The notes: a model not told the origin generated them from the sequence alone. A stretch of 64,000 bases of DNA from Dehalococcoidia bacterium (GCA_965249275.1 CBDFLQ010000005.1:608001-672000), one strand, 5' to 3'. Positions 28,517-38,339 are shown, counted from the first letter of the stretch. Program-made: numbers and translations.

Positions 28517-29857
28517 GTGAGCATGCGTGACAACCCGTCGACACTTCGACAGAGTGGAAACAAGCGCCCATCCTTTCCCTTGGAAGGGATACGAGTGGTG
28601 GCCATCACGCAAGCGTGGGCCGGGCCCTATGCCGGGACCTTATTGGCCGACTGGGGCGCTGAGGTGATACAGGTAGAAAGCCGGGAGCGTTTCCCCGTTG
28701 GCACTCGAGGGTTGGTTGTAGATGGGAAGGGTGTAGTGCCTGAGAAGGAGCGCATGTGGTCAAGAGGTTACCCAGACTGGGACGGGGGCGAGAGGCCGTG
28801 GAACCGGTACGTGGGATTCAACGCTCTGAATAGGAACAAGTTGGGAATTACCCTCAACGAGTCCCGGGAGGAGGGCCGGGAACTGCTGCTCGATCTCGTG
28901 TCCATTTCGGATGTCGTGCTGGAGAACAACCCACCCTCGATGTTGAATGATTCCTCGCTAGACTATTCCGACCTTCGTAAGATCAAACCCGACCTGATTA
29001 TGGCCAGAATGCCCGGTTATGGACAGACCGGCCCCTACAAGGAGATGAGGGCTTGGGGTTCCCATATCGAGGGATTTATAGGTCATACCTGGGTCCGCAG
29101 CTACGGCGACATCGACCCGTCCCTGAAGGACGACGTGTATCCCTCGGACGCGGTGGCGGGAATCACAACGGCGTTCTCGATACTCGTTGCACTGCGGCAT
29201 CTACAGGCCACAGGCGAGGGCCAGCTTATCGACGCGCCTCTCTCCGAGGGCTTGATACCGTTCCTCGCCGAGGCTTTCGTGGACTACACGATGAACGGGC
29301 GCGTCCAGTCGGCCATTGGGAACGCGGACACGTCCATGGCGCCGCATAACGTGTACCGGTGCTCGGGGGACGACCTGTGGGTCTCGATCAGTGTGGGTAG
29401 CGACGAGGAATGGGAAGGGCTGGTGCGGGCAATGGGGCAGCCAGCGTGGGCGTCGGATCGAAAGTTCTCTCACGTGCTGGGTCGGTGGAGATGCCAGGAG
29501 GAGATCAACGCTCATATTGGTGAGTGGACGGAGGGTCTCACTTCAAGAGAGGTGATGGAGAGGCTTCAGGCGTCAGGTGTACCAGCCGGGATGGTCCACA
29601 ATACCGAACAAGCATACGAGGACCCGCAGCTGGAGACCCTCGACTTCTTCCAGGAGGTCACCCACCCGGAGGCGGGGACTCACCGGTATCCGGGAATCAT
29701 TGGACAAATCTCGGGCTTTCCCAATCGCATCCGGAGACCTGCTCCGTGCCTGGGAGAGCACAACGAATATGTGTACCGGGAGCTTGTGGGCATGTCCGCT
29801 GAACGGTACAGGCAACTGGAAGACCTGGGCCAGATAGGTGATGAATATCTGACCTAG
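28517..29857 (+). CDS. Class III CoA-transferase, catalytic-type subunit
   Basis: PLEGIRVV, WAGPYA, NRNK, SDAVAG with Asp and APCLGEHN. Confidence 0.9.
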   Translation: MSMRDNPSTLRQSGNKRPSFPLEGIRVVAITQAWAGPYAGTLLADWGAEVIQVESRERFPVGTRGLVVDGKGVVPEKERMWSRGYPDWDGGERPWNRYVGFNALNRNKLGITLNESREEGRELLLDLVSISDVVLENNPPSMLNDSSLDYSDLRKIKPDLIMARMPGYGQTGPYKEMRAWGSHIEGFIGHTWVRSYGDIDPSLKDDVYPSDAVAGITTAFSILVALRHLQATGEGQLIDAPLSEGLIPFLAEAFVDYTMNGRVQSAIGNADTSMAPHNVYRCSGDDLWVSISVGSDEEWEGLVRAMGQPAWASDRKFSHVLGRWRCQEEINAHIGEWTEGLTSREVMERLQASGVPAGMVHNTEQAYEDPQLETLDFFQEVTHPEAGTHRYPGIIGQISGFPNRIRRPAPCLGEHNEYVYRELVGMSAERYRQLEDLGQIGDEYLT

Positions 29858-29876
29858 GCCGGGTAGCCGGGCCCGC

Positions 29877-31175
29877 TTACTGCAGTCTTCGTATCTTGCC
29901 AACTCCCTGCTCAGCGAAGCGGGTCAGGCGGAAATCGTAGAGAGACAACGAGGGGGTGCCGTCCAGGATAAGCTCTGAGATCAGCTTGCCGGTTATCGGG
30001 CCGAGGGCGAAACCGTGACCGCTAAAGCCGGTGGCCAGAATCAGTCCCTTGACGCCCGGCGCCTCTCCGAGGACGGGCAGGATGTCGGGGGTGATGTCGA
30101 TGAGGCCGGCCCAGGTCTTTACGAATCGCAGGCCGCTCAGGTGGGGCATGTGCTCGAAAAAGGCCTTGCGCATGCGCTTGATAGTGTTCCAGTTCACCTC
30201 GGGCTCCACGCCCACGGTAGTCGAGAAGAACTTCCGGTTCTGCACCGTACCGGGCACATGGCTAAGCACGTCGTTCAGGAGTTGGCTCCCGACGTGGAAG
30301 GCTATCTGCTTTCTGAACTGGCTTAGGCCCGGCAGGAAGTATTTCAAGTCCCTCACCGAGGTGAGATCTAAGTCATGATCGGCCTTGAGGGCGGAGCCAG
30401 CGCCCAGGAGGATGTTGCCGTCGGCGGTGGGGCGGAATGAGACCCTGGGAGACCAGACAAGGGGGGCGCGGTAGTCGGGCATGGGCTCTGTAATGGTGAC
30501 GTGGGTCCGGACTACCCGCACCGGAACCCTCACGTCGCAGGTCCTGGCCAGACGGGGAGCCCAGACGCCGGCGGCGTTGACCACGATGTCGGCCTCTATC
30601 TTCTCGCCGCGTTCGGTTATGACGCCCTTGACCTGCCCGCCGGAAGTCTCGATACGCTCCACCGAGCAGCCGGTACGCACCGTGGCACCGTTCTCCTGGG
30701 CGGCCCTGGCGAAGGCATTGGTGGTCTTGACGGGGTGCGCATAGCCGTCGCTGGGTGAGTACATACCGCCGATGAACTTGCCAGAGAGCCCGGGCAGTAT
30801 CTCCTGGGCCCGCTTGCGGTCCACTATGTCGGATTCCAGGCCATATTCCCTGGTGATTCTGACGGTGTTCTCAAAGTCGGCGAGCTCTTTGGCATTAGAG
30901 GCGAGAAGAATGTTGCCGCCGCGAATGAAATGAGTCTCGGTGCCCAGGTCTTCGCTGAGCTTGTCCCAGAGCTTCAGGCTCTCGATGGCCAGGGGAACCT
31001 CGGGGGCCTGGCGGCCCTGCCGCCGGACGGCGCCCCAAGTCCTGCCGGAGGCCTCGTCGGCGATCTGGCCCTTTTCAAGAAGGATGACGTGGGCGCCACG
31101 CTTGGCGAGGTTGTAGGCGGTAGCGCAGCCGGAGATTCCTCCGCCTACGACTATAACGTCGGTCTTAGTTGCCAT
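29877..31175 (-). CDS. FAD-dependent oxidoreductase (DAO/sarcosine oxidase beta-like)
   Basis: VVGGGISG, ASGR..G, NAAGVW, WAGLID.TPD and GFSGHGF. Confidence 0.9.
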   Translation of the reverse strand: MATKTDVIVVGGGISGCATAYNLAKRGAHVILLEKGQIADEASGRTWGAVRRQGRQAPEVPLAIESLKLWDKLSEDLGTETHFIRGGNILLASNAKELADFENTVRITREYGLESDIVDRKRAQEILPGLSGKFIGGMYSPSDGYAHPVKTTNAFARAAQENGATVRTGCSVERIETSGGQVKGVITERGEKIEADIVVNAAGVWAPRLARTCDVRVPVRVVRTHVTITEPMPDYRAPLVWSPRVSFRPTADGNILLGAGSALKADHDLDLTSVRDLKYFLPGLSQFRKQIAFHVGSQLLNDVLSHVPGTVQNRKFFSTTVGVEPEVNWNTIKRMRKAFFEHMPHLSGLRFVKTWAGLIDITPDILPVLGEAPGVKGLILATGFSGHGFALGPITGKLISELILDGTPSLSLYDFRLTRFAEQGVGKIRRLQ

Positions 31176-31190
31176 TCCTAATACGCTTTC

Positions 31191-32459
31191 TCACTTGGCC
31201 TGGGCGTACCACTGGAGGAGGGGGTGAATTTGGCGTACCAGCTCTTCTCCCTCGGGGCTGATGGCGTTCTTGGCCAGATCTGCAATGGTAACCGCGGCGT
31301 TGGACTGATGAAATACGGAGCGAGCCTTTTCGAGGGTCGGCTCATCGTCAATGTAGACTTCCTTGATGCTGGATTCGGTGTCGGTCCAGACTAGCTTGAC
31401 CGGGTCTATGGGGCCCGAGTACTCAATGCGGTCGCCGCCGATCTCCTCAGGGAACCAGAGTCGGTGGCCGTTGGAGCTGCCCAGTTTGACGACCTGAGGC
31501 TCGATGTCTTTGCTCACCTGCTGCAGACCGTTGAGCCTAGCCAGAGAGGCTGTCAGCCTCATAACCGGGCCGAGACCCTGCTCGTCGCCGGAATTGGAGC
31601 CATCGCTTCCAAGGGCTACGTTCACGCCTTCCCGCAGCATCGTGCCTATGGGGGTGATGCCGTTCTGCAGCTTCATGTTGCTGAGGGGATTGTGGGAGAC
31701 GGAGACCCCGCGGTCGGCGAGGAGTTCGATGTCATCCCGGGACACCTGTACGCAGTGTGCGGCCAGGGTGCGCTCCGTGAGCAGCCCAAACTTGTCCAGT
31801 CTCTGGACGCCGCTCATTCCCCATTGGTGCATGGCGGCCTCGCGCTGGACGGGGGACTCTTCGACGTGAATTTCGAGGGGGATGTCTAGTTTTGCAAGAG
31901 TGTCCCTGGCGGCTTCGAGGAGGGCGTCGGTGCACCAGACGGCGTTGCCGAGGGCTAGGCCAATCTGTACCCGCTTGCCGCTCCAGCCCTTGATCAGTTC
32001 GACGAGGGCTTCAAGCCGGGGTTCGAAGGGGAGTGGTTCGATCCGGGCAAGGACTTCTTCCGGGAGCGAATCGTCTGGGATGGCCTTGGGGTATTTGGGG
32101 TAGAAGCGCCGGGTGTAGATGCCGACGGGGAGATTGTCGATGTTGGGGAAGACCCAGGCCCGTATGCCTAGGGACTCGTAGGCTTGCGCTACGCCGTAGA
32201 CGTTCTCCTCGGTAATCGGGGAGTAGAGGTGATCGATGATTGCGGCGTTGCCGGCGCTCAGGTTCTCCAAGCCACAGGCCAAGGCGCAGGCGATTTGCTC
32301 AGGGGCAGAGAGCCTGCCGACATTGGACGCCAGTCGGTAGGCAATCCAGATATCAAAGGGAGCAGAAGCTACCGAGCCTTTGAACGGCATCGAGTGGCTG
32401 TGGGTGTGAGCGTTGACGAATACTGGGAAGGTGTTGTCTGGCAAGGGTTTCTCTCCCAA
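31191..32459 (-). CDS. Metal-dependent amidohydrolase (deaminase-like)
   Basis: NAHTH, IHVEE, AAHCV, HNPLSNMKL and LGSDG. Confidence 0.85.
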   Translation of the reverse strand: MGEKPLPDNTFPVFVNAHTHSHSMPFKGSVASAPFDIWIAYRLASNVGRLSAPEQIACALACGLENLSAGNAAIIDHLYSPITEENVYGVAQAYESLGIRAWVFPNIDNLPVGIYTRRFYPKYPKAIPDDSLPEEVLARIEPLPFEPRLEALVELIKGWSGKRVQIGLALGNAVWCTDALLEAARDTLAKLDIPLEIHVEESPVQREAAMHQWGMSGVQRLDKFGLLTERTLAAHCVQVSRDDIELLADRGVSVSHNPLSNMKLQNGITPIGTMLREGVNVALGSDGSNSGDEQGLGPVMRLTASLARLNGLQQVSKDIEPQVVKLGSSNGHRLWFPEEIGGDRIEYSGPIDPVKLVWTDTESSIKEVYIDDEPTLEKARSVFHQSNAAVTIADLAKNAISPEGEELVRQIHPLLQWYAQAK

Positions 32460-32511
32460 GGCGGTAAAAAAAATTATAGCATGGGGAGAATGGCCTAAAG
32501 GGAGGGGCGGG

Positions 32512-34572
32512 TCAACTAATCTCGATTATGAGGTTGCCGTGGGCGTCGATGGTGGCGGAGCTGTCGGGGTAGACGACGGTGGTGGTGTCCAGCTGCTGAA
32601 CGATGGAAGGGCCTTGCAGCACGGCTCCCGCGCCGAGGGCGTCACGGTCGTAGATTGGGGTGTCGGTGAGGCCGCCGGATTCGGGGAAGTAGGCTTTGCG
32701 GGTAGTCCGGGGAGAAGGCTCACCCTGAGACGTTACCAGCTCCGGACCACCCGGCATACGCCCAGGCGCCTGAGACAGGACAACGCGTAACGTTACTAGT
32801 TCTACAAGATCATCCGAGTCCCGGTGGCCGTAGACCCTTTCGTGGAGGGTGTGGAAGTCCTCGATGACTTGGGCTATGGCTTTATCGTCCACATCCTTGC
32901 CCTCGATGGAGACCTCTAATTCGTAGGACTGGCCTACGTAGCGCACCTCCACGGACTTGGCCGTAATTACCGGGCGTCCGGGGACTGCGTCCCTGTCCAT
33001 CTGGGAGCGGCAGGCGGCTTCCAGAGCATCGAAAGCCATTTGCAGTTCTGCAGAGACGGCTTCGACGGCCTTAACACGGAAAGTGCGGGCCCTTTCATGC
33101 TCCAGGTTGGCAACAAGGAGCCCAAATGCTGAGAGAACGCCCGGGTTTAGTGGGACCAGGACCTTGCCGGTGTTGGTCTGCTGTGCCAGCCGACCCGCGT
33201 GCACGGGCCCCGCGCCCCCGAGGGCTACCAGGGAGAAGTTGCGGGGGTCATAGCCGCGGAAGACGGAGACCAGGCGGACTTCGTCGGCCATGTGGTTGTT
33301 GACTATGGTGTGGATGCCATGGGCGGCGTCGAGTACGTCGATGCCGAGGGGTCCAGCGATGTTGGTTTGGACTGCCTCTTCCGCCTTTTCCACCGACAAC
33401 TTCATGGAACCGCCGGCGAAGTAGCCGGGGTCTAGGTATCCGAGGAGGAGGCTGGCGTCGGTGACGGTAGGCTCGGTGCCGCCCATATTGTAGGCAGCTG
33501 GGCCGGGCGAGGCGCCCGCGCTCCGGGGTCCGACCCTCAAGGCTCCGCTGCCGTCCACCCACGCTATGCTGCCGCCACCCGCCCCGATGGTATTGATATC
33601 GAGCATTGGCTGGCGCAGAGGGTACTTTGCGATCTTGCCCTCGTTGGAGAGGACGGGCTTGCCCTTGTCCACCAGGGAGATGTCGCAGCTGGTGCCGCCC
33701 ATGTCGAGGGTGATTAGGTCGGTAAGATCGCTGAGCTTGCCGGCGTGGACGCCACCGATTACCCCGGCTGCAGGCCCCGAAAGGACTGTGGATACGGTGT
33801 TGGATAGGATGGTTTCGTCACTGGTGATGCCGCCGCGGGAGTGGATGATGTGGAGCCGGGCCTTGACGCCGCTTTCGGAGAGGGAGTCCCGGACTTGCTG
33901 GATGTAGCGTTCAAGCACGGGCCTGAGATAGGCGTCGAAGGCGGTTAGGCAGAGGCGCTCGTATTCCCGGAACCGGGGGTCGAGCTCGGAGGATAGGGAG
34001 ATCCTGAGACCGGGATGGGCATTGAGGATGATGTCCCGGGTACGCTCTTCGTGGGCGGCGTTGGCGAAAGAGAATAGGTAGCAGACGGCTATGGCTTCGA
34101 CATCGTGCTCGGTTACTAGGGTCTCGACGGCCGTGGCAACATCGGCTTCGTTGAGAGGAACGTCGACGCCGCCATTGGCGTAGATACGCTCCTCGATACC
34201 AAATATCCTGCGGCGAGGGGCGAGGAAGACCGGGGTCTCGGGCTCGATGAAGACGTCGTACATGTCGGAACGCTTCTGGCGCCCGATGGTCAGGACGTCC
34301 TCGAAACCCTTGGTGGTAAGGATGCCGATGGTCGAGCCACGGGCCTCCAGGATGGCGTTGGTGCCGATGGTCGTGCCGTGTGCAATGCGGGATACGTCGG
34401 CGAAGGAGGCGGAGGCCAGGCGTCGGACGCTGTCCGCGCCCTTCATAAAGCCGTCGACGAGCCTGGGGGGGGTCGAGTGGACCTTGGTGTACTGCAACTC
34501 ACCCGATTTGTTGTCCAGGGACACTACATCCGTGAAGGTGCCGCCGATGTCGATGCCGATGGTTATGGACAT
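32512..34572 (-). CDS. Hydantoinase A/oxoprolinase family protein
   Basis: GIDIGGTFTD, HGTT.GTN, SGPAAG, DMGGTS, IGAGGGS, GGAGP and RYVGQ. Confidence 0.92.
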   Translation of the reverse strand: MSITIGIDIGGTFTDVVSLDNKSGELQYTKVHSTPPRLVDGFMKGADSVRRLASASFADVSRIAHGTTIGTNAILEARGSTIGILTTKGFEDVLTIGRQKRSDMYDVFIEPETPVFLAPRRRIFGIEERIYANGGVDVPLNEADVATAVETLVTEHDVEAIAVCYLFSFANAAHEERTRDIILNAHPGLRISLSSELDPRFREYERLCLTAFDAYLRPVLERYIQQVRDSLSESGVKARLHIIHSRGGITSDETILSNTVSTVLSGPAAGVIGGVHAGKLSDLTDLITLDMGGTSCDISLVDKGKPVLSNEGKIAKYPLRQPMLDINTIGAGGGSIAWVDGSGALRVGPRSAGASPGPAAYNMGGTEPTVTDASLLLGYLDPGYFAGGSMKLSVEKAEEAVQTNIAGPLGIDVLDAAHGIHTIVNNHMADEVRLVSVFRGYDPRNFSLVALGGAGPVHAGRLAQQTNTGKVLVPLNPGVLSAFGLLVANLEHERARTFRVKAVEAVSAELQMAFDALEAACRSQMDRDAVPGRPVITAKSVEVRYVGQSYELEVSIEGKDVDDKAIAQVIEDFHTLHERVYGHRDSDDLVELVTLRVVLSQAPGRMPGGPELVTSQGEPSPRTTRKAYFPESGGLTDTPIYDRDALGAGAVLQGPSIVQQLDTTTVVYPDSSATIDAHGNLIIEIS

Positions 34573-34598
34573 AAGTGGAAGAGTATGGACTGAGAGGG

Positions 34599-35726
34599 TT
34601 AGTTAAGGAATCCGTAGAGGCGGCCGGTGTTTTCGCAGATCACTTTACGGCGGGCGTTTTCGTCTTTAAGGCCCTTCAGGCTGAACTCGATGGTCTCGAG
34701 GGAGTCGGGCCATACACAGTCGTTGTGGGGGTAGTCGTTGCCCCACAGGACGTTATCTTCGCCGACCAGTGAAAGGATATCTCCGGCGATTCCTTCTTTC
34801 TGGAAGGTGGAGAAGCCTTGTCTGTACCAGTAGGCACTGGGCTTCATGCTCAGGCTCTTGATGCCTTCACTTTCGTGGTCCATGCGGTCTATGACGTAGG
34901 GAATCCAGCCGATACCCGCTTCGCCGAGGACGAACTTGAAATCGGGGAACCTATCGCAAGCCCCCGACATGATGATGCTGCTCAGGTGCTCGATGCCGTC
35001 CAGCTGGGCCATGGTGAGCAGGACGGTCCAATAGGCGTCGAAGTACTCCTTTTCCTTGGGTTCCTTAGCCTTGGGCAAGTTTTCGAGGAGGTGAAAGGAG
35101 AGCGGCATATTACATTCCACCGAGGCCTCCCACAGGACATCCCAGTCTGTGTAGAAGATAGGAATGGAGGCGAGGCCGGCGCGGAGCTCGGCGCCCTTGA
35201 GGCCCAGGCCCGCGGCCCTTCTGAGCTCATCGGCGGCGGCCTGGGGATTGTGGTGGGGCAGGCAGGCCAAACAGGCCAGCCGTTCCGGATTGTGGCTGGC
35301 GAAGGAGGCGGCCCAGTCGTTGTAGATGCTATATACGAGGGAGCGGGCCTCCATGTCACGGATCTGATCGGGGCCGAAAGCCATGCCGTAGATCACCTCA
35401 GCGTCGATGCCGTCCAGGTCCTGGTCCTTGACTCTGAGTTCGGGGTTGGAGGGGTGGTAGATGCCTCGGCGGGAGTCCGCGGAGAAGCCGACTTCTTCCA
35501 GCCGCTGCTCCCTGTGGAAACCGGCGGGATTTGTCCAGGACTCTGCCCTAAACACTCCCACGGGGGTCATGATCTTGCCGTTGGCCTTCCACACGGGACC
35601 CGAGGATGCGTCCTCTACGTGGGGCATCTTGTCCTTCCACTGAGCCGGTGCGTTGTCCACAAAGAGGTCGTGTGGGAGCCAGTTAAGGTCAACATGCCCG
35701 TCGCCGGATATTATGTTGTAGGTCAT
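34599..35726 (-). CDS. Amidohydrolase family 2 protein
   Basis: ISGDGH, SFH, GEAG.GW, GNDYPH and ENTGRLY. Start at ATG 35726. Confidence 0.88.
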   Translation of the reverse strand: MTYNIISGDGHVDLNWLPHDLFVDNAPAQWKDKMPHVEDASSGPVWKANGKIMTPVGVFRAESWTNPAGFHREQRLEEVGFSADSRRGIYHPSNPELRVKDQDLDGIDAEVIYGMAFGPDQIRDMEARSLVYSIYNDWAASFASHNPERLACLACLPHHNPQAAADELRRAAGLGLKGAELRAGLASIPIFYTDWDVLWEASVECNMPLSFHLLENLPKAKEPKEKEYFDAYWTVLLTMAQLDGIEHLSSIIMSGACDRFPDFKFVLGEAGIGWIPYVIDRMDHESEGIKSLSMKPSAYWYRQGFSTFQKEGIAGDILSLVGEDNVLWGNDYPHNDCVWPDSLETIEFSLKGLKDENARRKVICENTGRLYGFLN

Positions 35727-36104
35727 CTCTTCCCTCCCGTGTAAACCCTGCTTCATCAGACAACCGGACATGCGAAACCTCGGCACCTTGCCGCGGGCGT
35801 TCCGAGGCGGGATTTACTCTAGCACGCAGCGATTGGGCGTCGCAAGGGAATGTACATTTAGTTGTTGGGGTGGGGGTTGGGTTATGGGCTAGCGGGCGGC
35901 CTCCTTTGGGGCATAGGGTGGGACAACGGAAGGGGCCGCTCCAGATTGATGATCCGGTTGGGCCGACGGGCCGGGGTTTTTGATTGATGTGCGGACTCAG
36001 GCATGAACTTTGATTGTTTTTAGGGAAATTCGTTTTTGGGGAAGGCATGGGCTAGTAGGCGGCGCCTTTCGTGGATGGGGGGAGGTGGGGCAACCAGCCT
36101 CGAT

Positions 36105-36792
36105 GGGATATTGAGTTGTAGCAAGGATTTGTGGGTTCATGTCTGTTCTGGAAGGGCAGGCGATGGAAGGTCCGGGACTAGAAACCAGGCCGTGGGTTGC
36201 TGCCGAGCCGTCGGCGCCGGGCTGGATTATCCCCACATGTTGTCGGCTGCGGTCAGGGTTGTGTGGGGCAGATCCCTCCGTGAGCGGCACTTGACCGGAC
36301 CGCTGACGGGGAAGATGCCGCCTTAGGCGGACTTTCATAACCGGCGTCCCGGTGCATCCGCCGGATAGACGGATGGCAGGGACGGCGGGACAAACAAGGC
36401 ACGAGGGCCTTGCTAAACCGGGGGTCGGTTGACCTACCGGGAAAACCGGCGCGCAATGGGCCGGGGTAAACGCACCCGATGATGGGGGGCGTTGAATCGG
36501 CAGGGGCGTCGTTGGACGGGGCCTGCCGAGCATAGTCTGTGGATCTTCCATCGCCTGGGTTGCGGGGGAAGGTGAGCCGAGGCCTTTGGTATGAGGAGAT
36601 GGCGGCTTTCGCTTGAGCCGAGGGGCGGCGCTTGGGCCGCCCTTTGGGATGGGCTGGGACGTTGAGTCCTCGGGGCCGGGGATGGGCTTCCCCCTGGGTT
36701 GTGGTTCCTCCTTAGGGTTTAGGGTGAGTGACGAGCTAGTCGGGGGTGAATATAGTACAAGTGTTTTGCTTTAGTCAAGGGGTTCGTGTCAC
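36105..36792 (-). ncRNA. Putative large ncRNA element, copy B (with a possible 3' extension to about 35855)
   Basis: Promoter 36749-36778 and conserved leader. Helix 36541-36557/36157-36173 encloses a 367-nt structured segment. Tail motif AACAGACA-GAAC is shared with copy A. Confidence 0.7.
36749..36778 (-). promoter_or_regulatory. Sigma70-type promoter with LexA-box-like site (copy B)
   Basis: TTGACT-N18-TATATT, with AAAC-ACTT-GTAC at 36755-36766. Confidence 0.55.
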
Positions 36793-36809
36793 TTTTTGCC
36801 AAGTGGGAT

Positions 36810-37151
36810 CACCCTCACCCTAGCCCTCTCCCATCAGAGGGAGAGGGGACAGGACGCCCCGCCCTCTCCGCCTCCGGGGATGGATTCCGGCTCGGCGGGG
36901 GGTGCGCCTTCAGGAGGGATGGGTTCCTGCCTCCGCAGGAATGACGGGGGAGTGGGGGGTGGGTGGGTGGGAGGCGATCACGTGGTACTGCTCCTATGCG
37001 GGCACCCCCCCGCTCATACTTCGAGAGCCTCCCGCCTCGGCGGATCTTCGACAGCACGATCGGGCCCGCCCGGGCCGTGGATTCGCGCCTGAGGCGTACC
37101 CTCCAGAGGCGAGTGGGGCACTTGCAGCCCGATCGGAGTCTGGAATGACGG
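36810..37151. repeat. Mosaic cluster of short palindromic REP/boxC-like repeats
   Basis: caccctcaccctagccctctccc..gggagagggga, ggattc..ggaatgacgg units and a cttcga..ctc/ag..cgg unit. Confidence 0.75.
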
Positions 37152-37211
37152 GAGGGAGGGGGTGATATATTATGGGCAGGTACTGGCGAACGCATAGTTG
37201 GAGGGGAAATT

Positions 37212-38339
37212 ATGGCGGACTACAGGGTTATCTCATCGGACAATCACATAGTGGAGCCGCCTAACTTGTGGCTTGATAGGATGGAACCGGGGTTCCGGGA
37301 CCAGGCCCCGGCCATGCGGGATACGGAGAAAGGGCCGTTCTGGTTTGTAGAAGACAAGCCGACCTTCAACGTCACAAGCATGGCGAGCCAGGCCGGGAAG
37401 CGGTTTGAGGACGCCGAATCGCTGCAGACCGTGGATGCCTGGGAGAATGCGAGGCCAGGGGCCTACATCCCGGAAGAGGCCATTAAGGACATGGACTTCG
37501 ACGGGATAGACGTCGGGATCGTATATCCGAGCCTGACCATATTCCTGTACGCGTTCGTGGAGGGGAGCGAACTGCTCTCGGCGATACTGCGGGCTTACAA
37601 CGGTTTCGCGGCGGATTACTGCCAGGCCCAGCCGCGTAGGTTGAAGGGAATCGCCACGATAAACATTGACGACGTGTCGGTCGGGGTAGAGGAACTGAAG
37701 CGGTGCGCGAAACTCGGTTTTGTAGGCGCGGCTATACCGGAATACATGGCGGCGCGACCTTACTTCGATGAAGCTAACGAGCCGTTATGGGCCACCGCCC
37801 AGGACCTGGGGATGCCGCTGGGACTGCATATCTCGACGGCGAGGATCCAGGCGGGGCGAGGGTGGGACCGAGAGCTGGACGCCTTCAACTTCTCCACCCT
37901 GATGCTGGACAATGCCGACTTCTGGGTGAGGGTATCGCTGACGGAGATGATATTAAGCGGCGTGTTCGAACGCTACCCCAATCTGAGGGTCGGGGTTGCG
38001 GAGCACGAGCTCAACTGGGTGCCCTACTGGATAGAGCGGATGGACTACAGCTACAGCGAACGGGCGGCGGGACGCGAGGGGTTCCAGCTGAAGAACGGAA
38101 TGGTGCCGAGCGACGTGTTTCACTCCAACTGCTTTGTCGATTTCCAGGAGGACGCCCTGGGCATCACCCACCGGGACATCATAGGGGTGGACAACATAAT
38201 GTGGGGATCCGACTACCCCCACACAGAGGGCACGTTCCCCAAGTCACGGGAGTTTATCGAGAACACGCTGGCGGACTGCACGCAGGAAGAGAAAGAGAAG
38301 ATAGTAGCGGGCAACGCGGCGCGGATCTACAAGGTCTAG
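37212..38339 (+). CDS. Amidohydrolase family 2 protein
   Basis: ISSDNH, LGLHI, AEHE, WGSDYPH and NAARIY. Confidence 0.9.
   Translation: MADYRVISSDNHIVEPPNLWLDRMEPGFRDQAPAMRDTEKGPFWFVEDKPTFNVTSMASQAGKRFEDAESLQTVDAWENARPGAYIPEEAIKDMDFDGIDVGIVYPSLTIFLYAFVEGSELLSAILRAYNGFAADYCQAQPRRLKGIATINIDDVSVGVEELKRCAKLGFVGAAIPEYMAARPYFDEANEPLWATAQDLGMPLGLHISTARIQAGRGWDRELDAFNFSTLMLDNADFWVRVSLTEMILSGVFERYPNLRVGVAEHELNWVPYWIERMDYSYSERAAGREGFQLKNGMVPSDVFHSNCFVDFQEDALGITHRDIIGVDNIMWGSDYPHTEGTFPKSREFIENTLADCTQEEKEKIVAGNAARIYKV

Noticed and set aside
36325-36345. GAAAGTCCG in cargo B, resembling the RNase P RNA motif
   Set aside because: The other RNase P conserved regions are not visible, and a match this short is expected by chance.
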